Assembly: GCA_026418035.1 (NCBI GenBank) | Contig: JAOACC010000097.1 | Span: 1-45,040 of the forward strand | Length of the DNA: 45,040 nucleotides | Origin: a bacterium | GTDB lineage: Bacteria; DUMJ01 | Direction: 5' to 3' | Shown here: positions 1 to 7,243 of the stretch, piece by piece | Position numbering within the stretch: position 1 is the stretch's first letter | Layout of the letters: the number at the start of each line of letters is the position of its first letter | Notes under the pieces: model-generated | The model's database searches: none | What the model saw: the letters and a program-made list of their open reading frames with translations, nothing else | What the model was told of the DNA's origin: nothing | Position numbers and translations under genes: made by a program

Positions 1-19
1 AGATGTGTATAAGAGACAG
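1..19. other. Tn5/Nextera mosaic-end adapter, non-biological
   Basis: Exact 19-mer AGATGTGTATAAGAGACAG at the first base of the window. Its reverse complement closes the window at 45022-45040. Confidence 0.95.
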
Positions 20-441
20 GTATTCATATAGGCCTCATTGTCATAACATATATAAAGTATTCTATGATTTCTCTCCATAGCTCCAGATAGTGCCTGAAAT
101 CCTATATCGTAGGTTCCACCATCTCCTCCAAATGCAAGAAAGGCAATATCTTCTGTTATCTTGCCCTGTCTCTTTAGACTCTGATACGCAGCTTCTACCC
201 CACTTATAGTCGAAGCAGCATTCTCAAATGCACTATGAATCCAAGAGATCTTCCATGCAGTATAAGGGTATATAGTAGTAGCTACTTCAAGACATCCTGT
301 AGCATTAGATGCTATAACAGGCTTGTCTATTGCAAGTAATATCTGCCTCACAGCTATAGATGCACCACACCCTGCACAGAGTCTATGACCACCAGTAAGT
401 CTATCTTCTTTTCTCGAAAGTTCTTTTATATTAACAGGCAT
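20..441 (-). CDS. porB: 2-oxoacid (pyruvate):ferredoxin oxidoreductase beta subunit (TPP-binding), 3' end cut by the contig end
   Basis: Not in the ORF track because it has no stop. My translation from ATG 441-439 reads [33 protein letters not shown]...[25 protein letters not shown], with the CxGCG and GDG TPP motifs. SD GGAGGG at 447-452. It is the last gene of the porG-D-A-B order. Confidence 0.8.
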
Positions 442-452
442 TTTAACCCTCC

Positions 453-1634
453 TTACTCTCTAACACCAACATAACTTACTAGGTTTTCTACTTTCCCTGT
501 CTTGTATATACTCTCTAGGCTTTCAAATACTTTAAATATCTGTTCCATAGTCACATCCCTTCCGCCAAGTCCATAGATATAATCAGTTATTATAGGACGA
601 TTTGGGACATCATAAAGAACAGACCTAATATCAGTGAATAGAGGTCCACCAAAACCGCCAAAGGTATCTGCCCTATCCATAATCCCTATAACCTTAAGTT
701 TAGAAAGGACTCCCTTAAGCTCTTCTACCGGAAGAGGCCTAAAAAGTCTAGGCTTTAAAAGTCCAACCCTTTTACCATCTCTTCTAAGGGCATCTATGAC
801 TTCTTTAGCGGTTCCAGCAGTAGAATTTAATACAATCAAACCTATCTCAGCGTCGTCAAGGTTATAGGTCTCAAAAAGGTCATATCTCCTACCTGTTATC
901 TTGGCAAAATCCTCTGCAACACTTTTTACAACTGGAATAACCCTTTTATACGCCTCTGCCTGAGATCTCTTAAATTCAAAATAAGAATCAGGTAGAGCCA
1001 AAGGACCAATAGTAAATGGATGTTCTACATCTAGAAGTGATCTTAAAGGTTTATGTTCTCCGACAAAACTTTTTACCTCTTCATCCTCTAGTGGTTCTAT
1101 CATTTCTTCGGCATGACTAGTAATAAATCCATCCATATTTACCATCACAGGAAGGTTTACACTTTCTGCTATTCTTACCGCTTGAATAAGATTATCATAA
1201 GCCTCCTGAGCAGTCTCAGACCACAATTGAATCCATCCACTATCCCTAGCTCCCATAGCATCAGAATGATCACAATGAATATTTATAGGAGAACTCAATG
1301 CTCTATTTACAACAGTCATAACTATTGGAAGTCTGGCTCCAGAAGCTATATATAGCATCTCCCACATCAAAGCCAATCCTTGGGAAGAAGTTGCAGTCAT
1401 AGTTCTAGCTCCAGCAGCAGAAGCACCAATGCAAGCAGAAAGGGCAGAGTGTTCACTTTCAACTGTAACAAACTCTGTATGAACCTCTCCATTGGCAACA
1501 TATTCTGAAAATACTTGAACTATCTCTGTTTGAGGAGTAATTGGATAGGCAGCAACAACATCTGGATTTATCTGCTTCATTGCCAATGCTATAGCTTGAT
1601 TACCTTCTAAAGCTATTAGATTCTTTGTCTTCAT
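453..1634 (-). CDS. porA: 2-oxoacid (pyruvate):ferredoxin oxidoreductase alpha subunit
   Basis: 393 aa. N-terminus [29 protein letters not shown] is typical of POR/VOR alpha. 4-nt overlap with porD. Pyruvate versus 2-ketoisovalerate specificity cannot be decided from sequence. Confidence 0.85.
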   Translation of the reverse strand: MKTKNLIALEGNQAIALAMKQINPDVVAAYPITPQTEIVQVFSEYVANGEVHTEFVTVESEHSALSACIGASAAGARTMTATSSQGLALMWEMLYIASGARLPIVMTVVNRALSSPINIHCDHSDAMGARDSGWIQLWSETAQEAYDNLIQAVRIAESVNLPVMVNMDGFITSHAEEMIEPLEDEEVKSFVGEHKPLRSLLDVEHPFTIGPLALPDSYFEFKRSQAEAYKRVIPVVKSVAEDFAKITGRRYDLFETYNLDDAEIGLIVLNSTAGTAKEVIDALRRDGKRVGLLKPRLFRPLPVEELKGVLSKLKVIGIMDRADTFGGFGGPLFTDIRSVLYDVPNRPIITDYIYGLGGRDVTMEQIFKVFESLESIYKTGKVENLVSYVGVRE

Positions 1635-1915
1635 AGGCTTCCCTCCTCTACCATGCTTATAGCTTTGGCTGGACAGACTTTGCTACATATACCACAGCCC
1701 TTGCAATGTGAATAATCTATACCTTCCATTTTTTCGTCTTTAACTATAATAGATGTATCAGGACAATATATCCAACAGAATAGGCAATTTATACATTTTG
1801 ATTTATCTACAACAGGACGAAATGTCCTCCAAGAACCAGTCTCATACTCTTGTGCATTTCCAGCTTCTAAAATTACTATTCCTTCTGGCATCTCTTTCCA
1901 TGTAGGAAGTTTCAT
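1631..1915 (-). CDS. porD: 2-oxoacid:ferredoxin oxidoreductase delta subunit (2x[4Fe-4S] ferredoxin-like)
   Basis: 94 aa with two CxxCxxCxxxCP motifs (CINCLFCWIYCP, CKGCGICSKVCP). Overlaps both neighbours by 4 nt. Confidence 0.85.
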   Translation of the reverse strand: MKLPTWKEMPEGIVILEAGNAQEYETGSWRTFRPVVDKSKCINCLFCWIYCPDTSIIVKDEKMEGIDYSHCKGCGICSKVCPAKAISMVEEGSL

Positions 1916-2484
1916 TCTGACTGCACCTCCTCATAAGCACGTCTAACTGCCTCTATGTTCCCTTGCACAACCTTTTCACTAAATCTACCAGAGAATTTAT
2001 GTCTTAGCTCTTCTAAAACCTCATCAAGAGTTGGACTGCCCATAATTCTTATAAGGGCGCCCAATAAAGGGGTATTTGGTATATTTCTTCCTATAGTATC
2101 AAGTGCTATCCTAGTTGCATCTAATGCATAAACCCTACCACCTTTAAGGCTTAAACTATCTCTTATCTCTCTAGGAGATTTGCTAGTGTTAACTATAAGT
2201 ACGCTTGTCTCCTTCCAGCCATCTAAGGTATCTCTCACCTTAAGTAAGCTTGGGTCTAATACTACTATGATATCTGGATTAGTTATTTGAGAATGTATCC
2301 TTATAGGCTTATTACTAATCCTAGTGTAGGCTTTCATCGGAGCGCCCATTCTCTCGGGACCATATTCTGGAAAAGCCTGTATATACTTGCCAGCACCTAA
2401 AGCTGACTCGGCAAGGAGATAAGCAGCAGATTTGGCTCCCTGCCCTGCTCTCGCATGCCAACGTATTTCAACAAGCTCCTGCAT
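1912..2484 (-). CDS. porG: 2-oxoacid:ferredoxin oxidoreductase gamma subunit
   Basis: 190 aa. RWHARAGQGAKSAAYLLAESA is typical of the gamma subunit. SD AAGGAGG precedes the ATG. First gene of the operon. Confidence 0.85.
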   Translation of the reverse strand: MQELVEIRWHARAGQGAKSAAYLLAESALGAGKYIQAFPEYGPERMGAPMKAYTRISNKPIRIHSQITNPDIIVVLDPSLLKVRDTLDGWKETSVLIVNTSKSPREIRDSLSLKGGRVYALDATRIALDTIGRNIPNTPLLGALIRIMGSPTLDEVLEELRHKFSGRFSEKVVQGNIEAVRRAYEEVQSE

Positions 2485-2538
2485 ACATAACCTCCTTATT
2501 AAAGTTTAGTTCAAGAAATACTGGGTAAATCCTCATAA

Positions 2539-2567
2539 ACTATAGCATAATAGGAGAGGTTTGTCAA
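2539..2567 (-). promoter_or_regulatory. sigma70-type promoter of the por operon
   Basis: Minus strand reads TTGACA (2567-2562), a 17-nt spacer, then TATAGT (2544-2539). This lies about 55 nt upstream of the porG ATG. Confidence 0.6.
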
Positions 2568-2601
2568 ATAGAAAATTTGTTATTCTATGTAGATATTTTT
2601 A

Positions 2602-2630
2602 TTGACATTTTAAATAATTTAATATATAAT
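2602..2630 (+). promoter_or_regulatory. perfect-consensus sigma70 promoter of the DUF2089 operon
   Basis: TTGACA (2602-2607), a 17-nt spacer, then TATAAT (2625-2630). This lies 27 nt upstream of the ATG at 2658. Confidence 0.7.
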
Positions 2631-2657
2631 TTTAAAAAAGTGAAGGAGGTGATTAAA

Positions 2658-3020
2658 ATGAATAAGATAGTAACAAAATGTCCTATATGTGGAGAAGAGA
2701 TGTATATAACTGCATTAAAATGTCCTACCTGTGACACAGAGATAAAAGGAACGTTCTATCTAGACGAATTCTTTAAACTTTCTAGGGAACAATTAAACTT
2801 TATCAAGTTATTTATAAAAAACAGAGGTAACTTAAGTGATCTAGGAAGAGAGCTAAACTTGTCTTATCCCACACTGAGAAGCAGATTAAACGAAATAGCA
2901 AAAATCCTAGGGTATCCAGCGGAGGAAGAAAGGGTAGATAAGATGGAGGTTCTAGAGAAGATAGAGAGGGGAGAGATTACCCCCCAAGAAGCAGTAAAAC
3001 TTTTAAAAGGAGGCGAATAA
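2658..3020 (+). CDS. DUF2089-type protein: N-terminal zinc ribbon, HTH, C-terminal SHOCT-like helix module
   Basis: ATG at 2658 with SD GAAGGAGG. The track start at 2577 lies upstream of the promoter. Motifs: CPICGEEM..CPTCDTE zinc ribbon, LSREQLNFIKLFIKNRGNLSDLGRELNLSYPTLRSRLNEI HTH-like segment, C-terminal MEVLEKIERGEITPQEAVKLLKG. Confidence 0.7.
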   Translation: MNKIVTKCPICGEEMYITALKCPTCDTEIKGTFYLDEFFKLSREQLNFIKLFIKNRGNLSDLGRELNLSYPTLRSRLNEIAKILGYPAEEERVDKMEVLEKIERGEITPQEAVKLLKGGE

Positions 3021-3023
3021 AAA

Positions 3024-3935
3024 ATGAGAGGGCAGATTCCTACCGAGGGAATAAAAAAGATCTCTATAGATGGCTTTGGAGGAGATATAAAGATATTGCC
3101 TTCTGAAAGAAATGAGCTGGTGTACGATATAGGTGAGGGACTAGAGTTACAACATGAAATAAGAGATAATAGTCTGTTTTTGAAGATCCGAAGTAAGGGT
3201 GTACTTGGAATACCATTCTTTAACTTTGGAGGGATTACCGGAGATATAGACCTATATATACCTAGAGATAAAACCCTTGATTTAAATCTAAAGTCTGGAG
3301 ATATACTTTTTACAGACTATAAAGGAGAAGATATCTCATTAAAAGCAGCATCCGGTGATATAGAAATAGAAAAACTTTTATGTAATTCTTTTCAAGCACA
3401 TCTTACTAGCGGTGATATAGACATCGACATGGAAACTAAAAAAGGCTCTCTAAACTTCAGGTCCGGGGATGTAAAGATATTCTTAAGAGGTGAAGATTGG
3501 GATGTAGATATCTCTGGAGTGAGTGGAGATGTAGATGTAGATACAGAAACAAATTCGATAGACCTTTATCTTAAAGGGATAAGTGGAGATGTCTCTGTGA
3601 ATAACGAGACTATAGGAACGGGTAGGATAGGAAGTAAGCATCTAGTAACGGATGGAGGAAGGAATAAACTAAGTATAAATGTAATTTCTGGGGATGTCTC
3701 AGTGAAGACTGGAAAAGGAACTGGTGAGATAAAAATACTACAACAGACACAGACAAATAGGCAAGAAAGTCAAATTTTAACTTCTACTGAAAACAATACA
3801 TTTATCTCTTATATACCTGAAGAGGTAAAGAAGATAAGGGATATGTATAAAACGGGTAAGTTATCTAAAGAGGATGCTATAAGCCTTTTAGATGCTATGG
3901 GGTATGGAGGATTAAGTAATATCTTGGAGGAATAG
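3024..3935 (+). CDS. DUF4097-like beta-helix repeat protein with C-terminal SHOCT-like module
   Basis: 303 aa with seven roughly 20-aa rungs carrying SGD[IV]x[IV] (SGDILF, SGDIEI, SGDIDI, SGDVKI, SGDVDV, SGDVSV, SGDVSV). No signal peptide or TM segment. C-terminal EEVKKIRDMYKTGKLSKEDAISLLDAMG. Confidence 0.65.
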   Translation: MRGQIPTEGIKKISIDGFGGDIKILPSERNELVYDIGEGLELQHEIRDNSLFLKIRSKGVLGIPFFNFGGITGDIDLYIPRDKTLDLNLKSGDILFTDYKGEDISLKAASGDIEIEKLLCNSFQAHLTSGDIDIDMETKKGSLNFRSGDVKIFLRGEDWDVDISGVSGDVDVDTETNSIDLYLKGISGDVSVNNETIGTGRIGSKHLVTDGGRNKLSINVISGDVSVKTGKGTGEIKILQQTQTNRQESQILTSTENNTFISYIPEEVKKIRDMYKTGKLSKEDAISLLDAMGYGGLSNILEE

Positions 3936-3936
3936 T

Positions 3937-4317
3937 ATGGAGATACTGTGGATCATCCTAGCAATAATATCTTTAGGAGGAGCACTATTTTATCTTCCAC
4001 TAAGTTTAGGAACTGGCGTATTCTGGATAATAGTTGGAATTTTACTAGTACTAATGATTGCACTATTAGTAAAACTTATAGTCTTTCTAGCTCCTATTTT
4101 CTTTGTCCTTGGAATTATCCTAATAATTTGGGGATTAATAGAAAGTCCACACAAGAGAATGAAGCTAGAAGAAAGGATAGAGTCCTTAGTGGATAAGATA
4201 CTAGGTAGAACTAGATATTATGAGGAAGAAAGATTAAGAATCTTAGAAATGTTAGAACGTGGTGAGATCAGTTATGAAGAAGCTATGGAGAGAATAAGAA
4301 GGCTTAGGAGGGGATGA
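3937..4317 (+). CDS. small membrane protein (about 3 TM) with C-terminal SHOCT-like module
   Basis: 126 aa. The N-terminal 70 aa are hydrophobic (ILWIILAIISLGG...FFVLGIILIIWGLI). The tail is EERLRILEMLERGEISYEEAMERIRRL. SD GGAGG. 1 nt after the previous stop. Confidence 0.6.
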   Translation: MEILWIILAIISLGGALFYLPLSLGTGVFWIIVGILLVLMIALLVKLIVFLAPIFFVLGIILIIWGLIESPHKRMKLEERIESLVDKILGRTRYYEEERLRILEMLERGEISYEEAMERIRRLRRG

Positions 4318-4694
4318 AAATGAAAGAAGAAGAGCTTAAGATACTTAAGATGATAGGAGAAGGAAAGATAACAGCAGAAGAGGGGGCTAAACTTTTAGAT
4401 GCAATAAGGGAGGAATCTGCACGAGACACTGGAAGGTTTCTAGGTAAAAGGGTAAAGATATCTGTTATAAATAAAGAATTAGGCAGGAAGGAAGTTGATA
4501 TCTCTGTTCCATTATCTTTAGCAAAGGCTTTCCTTAAATTTGGCTTAACAAGTGGAATGACTTTTGGAGGAATCAAACTAGAAGAATCAGGAATAGATTT
4601 AAATGAACTGCAAAAGATGATAGACGAAGGATTAGAGGGGACACTTATCCAGGTAGATGATGAACGAGAAAAAGTCGAGATAAGGGTAGAGTAG
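4314..4694 (+). CDS. small soluble protein with N-terminal SHOCT-like (YvlB/LiaX-N-like) module
   Basis: 126 aa. Starts EEELKILKMIGEGKITAEEGAKLLDAIRE. ATGA start/stop overlap with the previous gene. Confidence 0.6.
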   Translation: MKMKEEELKILKMIGEGKITAEEGAKLLDAIREESARDTGRFLGKRVKISVINKELGRKEVDISVPLSLAKAFLKFGLTSGMTFGGIKLEESGIDLNELQKMIDEGLEGTLIQVDDEREKVEIRVE

Positions 4695-4717
4695 AGAAAC
4701 TTTTCAGAATCTTGTAT

Positions 4718-4774
4718 ACTATAAGATTAGGGAGAGTTATAATAAAAAATAAGCTCCCTAGTCTTATAGTTTTT
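4718..4774 (+). terminator. intrinsic terminator closing the DUF2089 operon
   Basis: 17-bp stem: ACTATAAGATTAGGGAG (4718-4734) pairs with CTCCCTAGTCTTATAGT (4754-4770), including one G-U pair. AT-rich 19-nt loop, followed by a T-run at 4770-4774. Confidence 0.6.
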
Positions 4775-4788
4775 AAAAGGAGGAAACA

Positions 4789-6525
4789 ATGAGTCCAGGG
4801 AAAAAGATAGAGGTACAAGAAGATTTACTTGCTCTAAGACATACAGCAAGCCATATACTTGCCCATGCTGTAAAAAGATTATACCCTAACGCCAAGTTAG
4901 GCATTGGACCACCAACTGATGAAGGATTCTATTATGACTTCTATATAGAGAAACCATTTACTCCTGAGGATCTAGAGAGAATAGAGGAAGAGATGAGGAG
5001 GATTATTGAAGAAGATTATAAACTTGAAAGGTTTTCTTTATCAAAAGAAGAGGCAATAAAATTTCTAGAAGAGCTAGAAGAACCATTTAAGATAGAATTA
5101 GCAAGAGATATAGAAGGTGAGATAACCTTCTATAGGCAAGGAGATTTCGTCGATATGTGTGCTGGACCTCATATAGAAAGTACTGGTGGGGTAAAGTACT
5201 TCAAGTTACTCTCTACCTCTGGTGCGTATTGGAGAGGAGACGAGCACAATCCTATGATGCAGAGGATATACGGAACGAGCTTCTATAAGAAGGAGGAATT
5301 AGATAATTATCTAGCGTTCCTAGAAGAGGCAAAGAGGGGAGACCATAGAATCTTAGGGAGAGAACTTGATATATACAGTACACACGAAGAGGTTGGACCC
5401 GGGCTTATTTTCTGGCATCCTAATGGGGCAATTATAAGAAATACCATTGAGAACTTTTGGCGTAAGGAGCATATAAAGAGAGGATATGAATTAGTATATA
5501 CACCCCATATAGCAAGTGAAAAGATATATGAGATAAGTGGACATTTAGAGAATTATGCCGAATCTATGTATGCTCCAATTCAGATAGATACAAATAGATA
5601 TAGATTGAAGCCAATGAACTGTCCTGGACATATTCTTATATACAAGACAAAACAGAGAAGTTACAGAGACCTACCTATTAGATATGCAGAATTAGGTACT
5701 GTCTATAGATATGAAAGAATAGGAACACTTCACGGAATGCTAAGGGTTAGAGGATTTACACAAGATGATGCACATATATTCTGTAGAGAAGACCAGCTCC
5801 TAGATGAGATACGAGGAGTTATAAAACTTATGGATTTCTTCATGAAGACATTTAAGTATGAATATAAACCCTATCTATCTACAAGACCAGAAAAGTATAT
5901 AGGAACAGATGAGATATGGGAGATGGCAACAAAGGCGTTGGAAGAAGCACTTAGACAGGAAGGAATGGACTATGAAATAGATGAAGGTGGAGGGGTTTTC
6001 TATGGACCAAAGATAGACATAAAACTTATAGATGCTTTAGGAAGAGAGTGGCAAGGTCCAACTATACAGGTAGACTTTAACCTTCCAGAAAGGTTTGATG
6101 TAAACTATATAGGAAGTGACGGAAAAGAACATAGAGTAGTAATGATTCATAGGACAGTCCTTGGCTCTATGGAGAGATTTATAGGTGGACTTATAGAACA
6201 CTTTGCAGGGAGGTTCCCCCTCTGGATAGCACCTGTTCAAGCAGTTGTAATACCTATAGCAGATAGACATAATGAAAAAGCGATAGAGATAAAGAATATA
6301 CTCTTAGATAGAGACATAAGGGTAGAACTCGATGCAAGAAATGAGAAGGTAAACTATAAAGTTAGAGAAGCGATAGTAAAGAAGATTCCTTATATAGTTG
6401 TGATAGGAGATAGAGAGGTTGAAAATAATACCATCTCTGTAAGAACAATAGACAAGGATCTAGGGAGCTTTAGCGTAGAATCTTTCCTAGAGAGGATTAT
6501 AAGTGAGATAGAAAAGAAAATATAA
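4789..6525 (+). CDS. thrS: threonine--tRNA ligase, short form without the N-terminal TGS domain
   Basis: 578 aa. Editing-domain HTASHILAH and CAGPH motifs, class II core (RYERIGTLHGMLRVRGFTQDDAHIF; GGGVFYGPKID), C-terminal anticodon-binding domain. SD AAGGAGG. Confidence 0.9.
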   Translation: MSPGKKIEVQEDLLALRHTASHILAHAVKRLYPNAKLGIGPPTDEGFYYDFYIEKPFTPEDLERIEEEMRRIIEEDYKLERFSLSKEEAIKFLEELEEPFKIELARDIEGEITFYRQGDFVDMCAGPHIESTGGVKYFKLLSTSGAYWRGDEHNPMMQRIYGTSFYKKEELDNYLAFLEEAKRGDHRILGRELDIYSTHEEVGPGLIFWHPNGAIIRNTIENFWRKEHIKRGYELVYTPHIASEKIYEISGHLENYAESMYAPIQIDTNRYRLKPMNCPGHILIYKTKQRSYRDLPIRYAELGTVYRYERIGTLHGMLRVRGFTQDDAHIFCREDQLLDEIRGVIKLMDFFMKTFKYEYKPYLSTRPEKYIGTDEIWEMATKALEEALRQEGMDYEIDEGGGVFYGPKIDIKLIDALGREWQGPTIQVDFNLPERFDVNYIGSDGKEHRVVMIHRTVLGSMERFIGGLIEHFAGRFPLWIAPVQAVVIPIADRHNEKAIEIKNILLDRDIRVELDARNEKVNYKVREAIVKKIPYIVVIGDREVENNTISVRTIDKDLGSFSVESFLERIISEIEKKI

Positions 6526-6541
6526 GGAGGTTTTAAGTTCC

Positions 6542-7243
6542 TTGAGGGGTAAGGTCTTAATATCCCTTTTTATTATGGTATCTCTCCTCTTTTTCCTAGG
6601 GTCCGAAGAGGAGGAGAGATACCTAAAAGAGGCTAGAAAAGGAATGGTAGAATTAATAAGGAGTAGAGGGATAAAGGATGAAAGGGTTATATCTGCTATG
6701 CTTAAAGTTCCAAGACATCTTTTTGTAGATAAGAGTCAATGGAAATCTGCATATGACGATAGACCCTTACCGATAGGTTATGGACAGACTATATCGCAAC
6801 CATATATAGTTGCCTTAATGACTGAAAGTTTAGGGATAAAGAAGGGAGAAAAGGTTTTAGAAATAGGAACAGGATCGGGATATCAGGCAGCTATTCTAGC
6901 AGAACTTACAGATAAGGTCTATTCAGTAGAGATTATAGAGGAATTGGGCAAAAGGGCAGATAGAGTTTTAAAAAGTCTAGGATATAAGGTAAAGATAAAG
7001 ATAGGTGACGGTTATAATGGTTGGGAAGAGTATGCTCCTTTTGACGCCATTATTGTTACCTGTGCACCTGACCATGTCCCTCCTCCGCTCATCCAACAGT
7101 TGAAGATAGGTGGAAGGATGGTTATTCCTGTTGGTCCTACTGGACTATATCAGACATTATGGCTAATCAAGAAGGAGACAGAAGAAAAACTTGTTTATAA
7201 AAATCTAGGGGATGTCCTCTTTGTTCCTCTTGTCAGGCGATAA
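6542..7243 (+). CDS. pcm: protein-L-isoaspartate O-methyltransferase with an N-terminal hydrophobic extension
   Basis: 233 aa. GYGQTISQPYIVALM and LEIGTGSGYQAAILA (SAM motif I). TTG start 11 nt after AAGGAGG. Confidence 0.85.
   Translation: MRGKVLISLFIMVSLLFFLGSEEEERYLKEARKGMVELIRSRGIKDERVISAMLKVPRHLFVDKSQWKSAYDDRPLPIGYGQTISQPYIVALMTESLGIKKGEKVLEIGTGSGYQAAILAELTDKVYSVEIIEELGKRADRVLKSLGYKVKIKIGDGYNGWEEYAPFDAIIVTCAPDHVPPPLIQQLKIGGRMVIPVGPTGLYQTLWLIKKETEEKLVYKNLGDVLFVPLVRR

Noticed and set aside
2577-2657. N-terminal extension of the DUF2089 ORF (track start at 2577).
   Set aside because: The extension covers the consensus -35/-10 promoter and encodes AT-rich low-complexity sequence. The ATG at 2658 has a strong SD and matches the family's N-terminal zinc ribbon.
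3024-3935. Periodic roughly 60-nt pattern (GGAGATAT/GGAGATGT...) that could look like a DNA tandem repeat or CRISPR-like array.
   Set aside because: The units are not separated by unique spacers of constant length. They are in frame and translate to the SGD[IV] beta-helix rungs, so the periodicity is at the protein level. There are no cas genes.
4718-4774. Hairpin upstream of thrS as a T-box, or as a tRNA-mimic operator of the E. coli thrS type.
   Set aside because: The leader is only about 94 nt, which is too short for a T-box. No specifier or antiterminator elements or T-box sequence are visible, and the loop has no Thr anticodon-like triplet in a 7-nt loop context. The stem plus T-run fits a simple terminator for the upstream operon.
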